A stretch of DNA of 64,000 nucleotides. Source: an uncultured Gemmatimonadales bacterium (GTDB lineage: Bacteria; Gemmatimonadota; Gemmatimonadetes; Gemmatimonadales; GWC2-71-9). A program made the position numbers and the translations under genes. The stretch is from the NCBI GenBank assembly GCA_963730185.1, contig CAVSQW010000007.1, positions 256,001 to 320,000 on the forward strand, read 5' to 3'. Positions 58,217 through 64,000 of this stretch are shown one piece after another. The notes beneath the pieces were generated by a model that made no database searches, was not told the origin of the DNA, and saw only the letters and a program-made list of their open reading frames with translations. Within the stretch, counting starts at the first letter, position 1; every line of letters starts with the position of its first letter.

Positions 58217-59511
58217 CGAACGCGACGAAGCGAGTCACCCTGCTGGCCGGGCTCGCGGCCGGCCTCCTGGGCGGCGTCGCGCCATCGGTCGGGGCGCAGT
58301 CCTCCGACGCCGAGGCCCGTCGCCTGGTGCCCTGGCTCGACGTACCGCCCGGGTGGGTTCGGACCGTCGAGAACGGGGTGGTGGGCGTGACCCCGAACGA
58401 CCTCCCGGCCGGCGCGTCGCTCCTGCTCCTGGTCGAGCCGCTCAAGCCGTCCACCGAGTCGCTCGCCGCGGCCTACGATCAGGCGCTTCGCGATCTCGGG
58501 CCCTGGAAGCCGGTGGCCGACCCGCGCGAGCAGCAGCTCGATCACGGCTGGTCGTTCAAGCACGGCCTGGGCGTCGCCACGCTCAACGGCACCAAGTACA
58601 CGGGCCACACGGCGGTCGCACTCCAGGGCGGCCGGCGGGTTCGGATCTGGGCGCTCGCCAACAGCGACGCCACCTACAACCGCTACCAGAGTCAGATCGT
58701 CAACGCGATCGCCAGCGTCCAGGACATCGCGGGGGAGGGCGAGGTCGCCGAGGCGTCTCCGCCCGCCGCGGGGAAGGAGCCGACGGCCGTCGGGCTCGCG
58801 GCGGGATTCGGCGACGGCGTCTCCGGCGTGTACCTCGGGCTCGAGCGCGGCATCCATGCCCGGGCCGGCGTCGGACCGGGCGGGAGCTCGGCGCCCGACA
58901 GCTACATCGGTGACGAGATGGAAGTCGACGTGTTCTACCCGGACGGGACCTATCGCCGGCGGCTGCCGGTTCGCGGTCTGGCGGCCGATCCGACCTGGGA
59001 CCGGGCGAAGCAGGGTCCGCTCTGGGGCTCCTGGTCGCGGACGGGGGACCGGGTCACGATCACCCGAGGCACCTATACCACGAGCTACCGGATCGCCGCC
59101 GACGGACTGGTGAGCGATCGGGACCGGCTCTGGCGCAAGGCGCCGGTGCCCCACGACGCCCGGCTCGACGGGACCTACGTCCGGGACGACTACCGCGATC
59201 CCGACGCGCCCCGCCTGGTGCTCCGATCCGACGGGACCTACGAGGACCGGGGTGGCTTCCTCCACATGGTCGCCGACCTCTGGAACCTGGTGACGCCCGA
59301 CGGCGACGCGATGTCGAGCCGCTGGAGCGGAGCAGAGACCCGGCAGGCCATGGGTCCCGGGAGCGGGACCTACACCTTCGATGCCTTCACCCTGACTCTC
59401 CGCGACCGGAACGGCCGGGTCTGGCAGATCAACGCCATGGTCCCCCCGGGCGAGACGGCGCCCAGTCCCGAGCACCTCTACATCAACGGGCGCTTTCTGG
59501 TGCGGAAGTGA
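58213..59511 (+). CDS. Exported hypothetical protein (alpha/beta N-terminal domain plus repeated small beta domains)
   Basis: Signal peptide; VPPGW, FYPDGTY, LRSDGTY and GSGTY; ATGA coupling to the CsgG-like gene. Confidence 0.75.
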   Translation: MTNATKRVTLLAGLAAGLLGGVAPSVGAQSSDAEARRLVPWLDVPPGWVRTVENGVVGVTPNDLPAGASLLLLVEPLKPSTESLAAAYDQALRDLGPWKPVADPREQQLDHGWSFKHGLGVATLNGTKYTGHTAVALQGGRRVRIWALANSDATYNRYQSQIVNAIASVQDIAGEGEVAEASPPAAGKEPTAVGLAAGFGDGVSGVYLGLERGIHARAGVGPGGSSAPDSYIGDEMEVDVFYPDGTYRRRLPVRGLAADPTWDRAKQGPLWGSWSRTGDRVTITRGTYTTSYRIAADGLVSDRDRLWRKAPVPHDARLDGTYVRDDYRDPDAPRLVLRSDGTYEDRGGFLHMVADLWNLVTPDGDAMSSRWSGAETRQAMGPGSGTYTFDAFTLTLRDRNGRVWQINAMVPPGETAPSPEHLYINGRFLVRK

Positions 59512-59572
59512 GCCGGCCGGACTGCCGGCCACGAACCTTTCTCGCGTTCTCGGCGCGTGGCGCCGACTGGAG

Positions 59573-60445
59573 ATGACGACAATGCGCTCTTCTCTCATCG
59601 TGGTGCTGATCGCCGGCCTCGGCCTCGGGGCGACGACCTCGTCGCCGGCCCAGATCCGAACCAGGCTCCGGCGCATCGCTCCCCCAGCGGTGACCAGCGG
59701 CCACTATCGGGTGATGATCCTCGGCGCGCGGGTCGATCAGGAGACCGAGGACGACTTCCTCGAGCGCGACGGGAAGCGGGACGAGATCTACTTCGCCGCT
59801 CGGGTGCAGCAGTTCGACCGACGCGATCAGCGAACGCTCGCGGACGGCGTGGTGCGGAGCGGCATCATGGGTGACGTCAACGGGTTCCCCGCGCGGATGC
59901 GGGCCGGGTCGGCGAGCCCGCAGGGTGGAATCCGGACCGGCGACAACGTGCCGGCCGTGGGCGACGTCGCGGCCTACAGCGCCCCTCCGGTCGCCGGGGG
60001 CCTCCCGCTGCTGGTCTGGGATGGCACGCTGCGCGATGGCATCGACGTGATCGTGGTGCAGTCGGACGTGTGGGAGTGGGATGGGGACCCTGCGCTCTAC
60101 AACAGCTGGGTCTACTGGACCTCGCGGTTGACGGCGGCCGATCCCGACGTTCAACGGCTGACCGCTTCCCGGACCCTCACCCTGGATGGACCGCGCGACT
60201 TCGAGCTCGGGGATCTGCGCGCCGGGGTCGACCGCCCGATCGCGGTGTTCAAGGCGGGGTCCTCCAAGGCGCGCTGGAACGATCATTTCCTGGTGTTGAC
60301 CCGGGAGGCGATCGAAGCGGCCATCCAGAATTGGAGCGCCGTGGGCGGTCGGCCGCCGGTCACGCTCGACCGGGTGCAGCGGGGCTATGTCGACAAGCAG
60401 GACGGCGTCTACCACATCTACTTCCGCATCGAACGGCTGCCCTGA
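59573..60445 (+). CDS. Exported protein, unrecognised DGKxDE/VWEWDG domain, paralogue 1
   Basis: GGAG RBS, signal peptide, and motifs shared with the next three ORFs. Confidence 0.85.
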   Translation: MTTMRSSLIVVLIAGLGLGATTSSPAQIRTRLRRIAPPAVTSGHYRVMILGARVDQETEDDFLERDGKRDEIYFAARVQQFDRRDQRTLADGVVRSGIMGDVNGFPARMRAGSASPQGGIRTGDNVPAVGDVAAYSAPPVAGGLPLLVWDGTLRDGIDVIVVQSDVWEWDGDPALYNSWVYWTSRLTAADPDVQRLTASRTLTLDGPRDFELGDLRAGVDRPIAVFKAGSSKARWNDHFLVLTREAIEAAIQNWSAVGGRPPVTLDRVQRGYVDKQDGVYHIYFRIERLP

Positions 60446-60519
60446 CCAGGTCCGCCGTGCGGCCTGATCCGAAGAGCCACCGACGCCCGACCGTGTCCCG
60501 TCGTGAATGGAGGCAAACC

Positions 60520-61419
60520 ATGCGCTTCTCCCGGCTGCTCGTGCTGCTGACCGGTCTCGCCTTGGGAGCGAGCGGATCGCTCGAGGCCCAGGTGACCCGG
60601 TCTCCGACCCGCCGCAAGTTGGCCCCTCGTTCCCTGGTGGCCACCAGCGGGAATTATCGGGTCCTGATCCTCGGGACCCACGTCGCCACCGAGACGTCGG
60701 ACGACCCGTTGCAGCGCGACGGGAAGCGGGACGAGATCTACTTCGCCGCGCTCGTCCGGCAGTTCGATCGTCGCGATCAGCGGCTGCTGTACACCGCCGT
60801 CCCCCAGACCAACGTCATGGGCGATCGCAACGGCTACTCGGCCCGGACCCAGGCCGGCTCGGCCAGCTCGATGGGCGGGATCCGCGCGGGGGACAACGTG
60901 CCGAACGTGCCCGACGTGGGGTCGCTCCAGGCGGCGCCGGTCGCCGCGGGTCTGCCGCTCCTGCTCTGGCAGGGGCAGCTCCGGGACGGGGTCGACGTGC
61001 TGGTGATCATGCCCGAGGTCTGGGAGTGGGATGGCAACCAGTACGATTTCAACCGGTGGCGGAATCAGCCGGTTCCCCCGCCCGCGGACCCCTCCATCCA
61101 GAGTCTGGTCGCCGCCCACCAGTTCGGGCCATTCCAATCGCTCGCCGGCAACTACGAGTTCGCCCTCACCCCGGCCAGCGTCGCCGGGTCGTACGATCGG
61201 CCGGTCAGGTACAGCCGGCGGCAGTCGGACATCTTCTGGCCGATCAGCGGATTGGTGCTGACGCGGGAGGCGATCGAGGCGGCCTTGAGTCCGTCCGCGG
61301 TCGGCACCGGCCGGCCGCCCGGCACGATCGAGGTGCACCTCCTGGGGGACCGCCTCTGGCCCAGCAACAATGCCGACGGTGACTACTGGCTCTACCTCCG
61401 GGTCGAAAGGGTGCCGTGA
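60520..61419 (+). CDS. Exported protein, same domain, paralogue 2
   Basis: GGAGG RBS and signal peptide (LEA-Q); 37 nt identical to paralogue 1. Confidence 0.85.
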   Translation: MRFSRLLVLLTGLALGASGSLEAQVTRSPTRRKLAPRSLVATSGNYRVLILGTHVATETSDDPLQRDGKRDEIYFAALVRQFDRRDQRLLYTAVPQTNVMGDRNGYSARTQAGSASSMGGIRAGDNVPNVPDVGSLQAAPVAAGLPLLLWQGQLRDGVDVLVIMPEVWEWDGNQYDFNRWRNQPVPPPADPSIQSLVAAHQFGPFQSLAGNYEFALTPASVAGSYDRPVRYSRRQSDIFWPISGLVLTREAIEAALSPSAVGTGRPPGTIEVHLLGDRLWPSNNADGDYWLYLRVERVP

Positions 61420-62045
61420 CCATGCGCCTCCTCCGAGCACCGGCGTCGGGCCAGTACCGGATCGTCGCCGTCGGCGTCCGCGTCAGCCATCAGACCAACG
61501 ACGACTTGCTTCAGCGCGACGGCAAAGGCGACGAGGTCTACGTCGCCGCCTCGGTCCAGCACTTCGATCGCCGCTCTGGCGCCCTGATCGTGGTGCGCCC
61601 GACGGTCTGGGAGTGGGACGGTGTGCCCAAGGGCTACGACCAATGGGCGAGCCGGGTGCCCGGGCTGGCGGCCCAGACCCTCGGGAGCCCGCTGGTCCAG
61701 ACCAAGCTCGCCGCGCTGGATCTCACGGTCGCCCTCGGGGGACCGTTGGGACCGGACGTCGCCGACGCCCTCTACTCCGGGACCACCCGCCTCGTGCCGG
61801 GCGACGACCGGCCGATCGGCGTCGTCGCCTTCGTCAACAACTTTGGTAAGCCCTGGATGGGATGGCACGACCGGCTCTTCGTCGTCACCCGAGAGGCGGT
61901 CGAGCACGCGTTCAGCGCCGGCAGCTCGGTCGGCGGCCGTCTGCCGGCCACCCTCGAGCTCCCCCTCACGGAACCCGGCTCCTACGGCGCCCTGACCTAC
62001 GACGGCAGCTACACTCTCTTCCTGCGGGTGGAACGTGTCCCCTGA
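61416..62045 (+). CDS. Paralogue 3, lacking a signal peptide and about 70 internal residues
   Basis: SGQYRI, DDLLQRDGKGDEVY, VWEWDG, DDRPIG and RVERVP. Confidence 0.75.
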   Translation: MTMRLLRAPASGQYRIVAVGVRVSHQTNDDLLQRDGKGDEVYVAASVQHFDRRSGALIVVRPTVWEWDGVPKGYDQWASRVPGLAAQTLGSPLVQTKLAALDLTVALGGPLGPDVADALYSGTTRLVPGDDRPIGVVAFVNNFGKPWMGWHDRLFVVTREAVEHAFSAGSSVGGRLPATLELPLTEPGSYGALTYDGSYTLFLRVERVP

Positions 62046-62049
62046 ACCC

Positions 62050-63894
62050 ATGCCTCCATCGGGCCGCCGCCACCTCGGAGCCGCCCTGCCGCTGGCCGCG
62101 TTGCTGCTGGGGTCGACGCCCGCCGCGTTGGCCGACGGCTTCGCCCCGGGCCAGCCGTGGACCACCAATCCCTACTACGGCGGGCTGGGCACCTTCTTCG
62201 CCGACGTCACCGGCGACGGCAGGGCCGACGCCATCGCCGTGAACGCCGCGGGCATCACGGTCCGCCGCTCGACCGGAGCGGCCTTTGGATCGAACGAAAC
62301 CTGGAGCGCCGCCTTCTCCGGGACTCGGGGGACCTTCTTCGCCGACGTCACCGGCGACCGTCGCGCCGACGCGATCGCGGTGAACGACGCCGGCATCACG
62401 GTGCGCCGCTCGACCGGATCCGGCTTCGGTTCCAACGAGACCTGGAGCGGTCCGTTCTCTGGAAACCGGGGGACGTACTTCGCCGACGTCACCGGTGACG
62501 GCCGGGACGACGCCATCGTGGTCAACGACGCGGGGATCACGGTCCGCCCCTCAACCGGCAGCGGCTTCGGCGCCAGTCAGACCTGGTACGGGCCGTTCTT
62601 CGGGACCCACGGGATCTCCTTCGCCGACCTGACGGCCGACGGGAAGGCGGACGCCATCGCGGTGGGCGACGCCGGCATCCAGGTGCTGTTCTCCACCGGC
62701 TCCACCTTCGGGGGGCCCCGCGGCCGACCGGCGAGCTGGAGCGATCGGTTCGTCGGCGACCGGGGGACCTTCTTCGCCGACGTTACCGGTGACCATCAGG
62801 CCGACGCGATCGGGGTCTTCACCAACGGCGCGATCCTGGTCCGGCGGGCCGTGACCTCCGGGATGGGCGGGTTCGCCGCTGCCGAGGACTGGTCCCAGTT
62901 CCCGTTCTGGGGGACCCATGGGACCGCGTTCGCCGACCTGGACGGGAACGGGGTCGCCGACGCGATCGCGGTGGGCGACGCCGGAGTGTCGGCTCGACTG
63001 GCCGGAAGCACGATTGCGGCCCGGCCCAGCCTCCGGGGTCAGATCACCCTCACCCGGCCGGCCCCCGCGCCTGCGCCGCCGCCCCCGGCCACGCCGCCAC
63101 CCCAGGGACACTACCAGGTCGGCCTGATCGGCTTCATCGCCAACCGAGCCACCTGGGACAACGCCCTCCAGCTCGACGGCAAGGGCGACGAGGTGTATGC
63201 CAGCACCGACGTCAAGGTGCTCGACCTGAACGGTGCCGCCGTGCCCGCCGGCCTCGACGTCAGCCTTCAGAGCTACGTCTACGGCGATATCAATGGGCAG
63301 ACCGCCCCGAACCGGCGCCAGGGAGGACAAGCGAGCAACCTGGGCGGCTTCGCCAACGGGTCCACGTTTCCCGCCCCACCCCACCTGGCGTGGCCGGTCC
63401 AGCTCGGAGACCCGCGCCGGATCCCGATGCTGCTTTGGTCGGGCACCCTGAGCCGGGGCCTGAACGCGGTGGTGATCACCCCGACCGTCTGGGAGTACGA
63501 CGGCTCGGCGATCGCCGGGGCCTTCACCGGATGGATCCGCTGGGCCCAGCAGACTGCCACCGGCTTCCTGGCCAACGCCCAGACCGCCAGGCAGTACATC
63601 TCCCTTCCCGATATTCCCGAGCTCGACTTCGCCTCGTTGGGCGCGGGGGTGGCGCTCAGCTTCCAAGAGTCGGTTCTCGGCACCGACGGCGACCGCCCCA
63701 TCGGAATGACGCTCGAGGCCGGTCGGGCGGTGTTCCATCCCAAGACCGTGGTGCTCACCTACGACGGCGTGGAGAAGCTCCTGGCCAACCAGATCGGCTC
63801 GTGGCCCAGGGGCACCATCCTCCTGAGCTATCGAGACGACCCCAAGTGGTGGGGCGACTACACCGTGATTCTCCGGGTCGAGCGGCTGCCGTAG
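62050..63894 (+). CDS. Exported protein: six FG-GAP/VCBS-like repeats, Pro linker, paralogue-4 domain
   Basis: FADVTGDGRADAIAV repeats (47-aa period); C-terminal DGKGDEVY, VWEYDG, DRPIG and RVERLP. Confidence 0.88.
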   Translation: MPPSGRRHLGAALPLAALLLGSTPAALADGFAPGQPWTTNPYYGGLGTFFADVTGDGRADAIAVNAAGITVRRSTGAAFGSNETWSAAFSGTRGTFFADVTGDRRADAIAVNDAGITVRRSTGSGFGSNETWSGPFSGNRGTYFADVTGDGRDDAIVVNDAGITVRPSTGSGFGASQTWYGPFFGTHGISFADLTADGKADAIAVGDAGIQVLFSTGSTFGGPRGRPASWSDRFVGDRGTFFADVTGDHQADAIGVFTNGAILVRRAVTSGMGGFAAAEDWSQFPFWGTHGTAFADLDGNGVADAIAVGDAGVSARLAGSTIAARPSLRGQITLTRPAPAPAPPPPATPPPQGHYQVGLIGFIANRATWDNALQLDGKGDEVYASTDVKVLDLNGAAVPAGLDVSLQSYVYGDINGQTAPNRRQGGQASNLGGFANGSTFPAPPHLAWPVQLGDPRRIPMLLWSGTLSRGLNAVVITPTVWEYDGSAIAGAFTGWIRWAQQTATGFLANAQTARQYISLPDIPELDFASLGAGVALSFQESVLGTDGDRPIGMTLEAGRAVFHPKTVVLTYDGVEKLLANQIGSWPRGTILLSYRDDPKWWGDYTVILRVERLP

Positions 63895-63933
63895 CCCGGG
63901 CGACGAACCCCTGACTCTACTGGAGGTGAAGAC

Positions 63934-64000
63934 ATGTCCACCCTGCTGCGCTGGACCACCCCGCTGATCGTCGGCCTCGTCGCCGCGCCATGCCTCACGG
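63934..64000 (+). CDS. Start of a further exported protein (runs off window)
   Basis: GGAGGT RBS then MSTLLRWTTPLIVGLVAAPCLT, signal-peptide-like. Confidence 0.6.
   Translation, partial: MSTLLRWTTPLIVGLVAAPCLT

Noticed and set aside
59573..63894. Diversity-generating retroelement or shufflon behind the paralogue array
   Set aside because: No reverse transcriptase or recombinase, no adenine-specific TR/VR pair and no inverted cassettes; divergence looks like ordinary duplication.

Overview
High-GC bacterial window. Gene content and style suggest Gemmatimonadota (inference). From left to right: (1) a phosphate regulon on the minus strand, arsR-phoB-phoR-porin-pstS-pstC-pstA, with Pho-box-like repeats; (2) a divergent nucleotide/purine salvage operon (5'-nucleotidase, small beta-grasp-like protein, adenosine deaminase, NupC, PNP); (3) thiD, TrmH methylase, prepilin peptidase, a zinc-metalloprotease-like lipoprotein, DUF445 and LytS/LytTR; (4) an ECF sigma factor with a CBM48-bearing anti-sigma candidate and two exported proteins; (5) ffh-rpsP-rimM-trmD-rplS-rnhB, an old yellow enzyme, a three-gene two-component cascade and tRNA-Lys(UUU). 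An accessory region follows, with an S9 peptidase, IS and aldo-keto reductase remnants, a PQQ quinohemoprotein, hydrolases, transporters and two BTAD-TM-TPR regulators. The most striking part is the last 10 kb: a largely translationally coupled cluster of exported proteins (DUF11-like, FN3-like, BamE-like repeats, degenerate OmpA, CsgG-FlgT_C, unknown). It is followed by four tandem paralogues sharing an unrecognised, possibly C2-like Ca2+-binding domain that always ends in R[VI]ER[LV]P. Several families of purine/pyrimidine-skewed short-unit inverted repeats occupy intergenic gaps, and one arm lies inside rnhB. About nine single-base indels, one in the normally essential rpsP, point to assembly errors.
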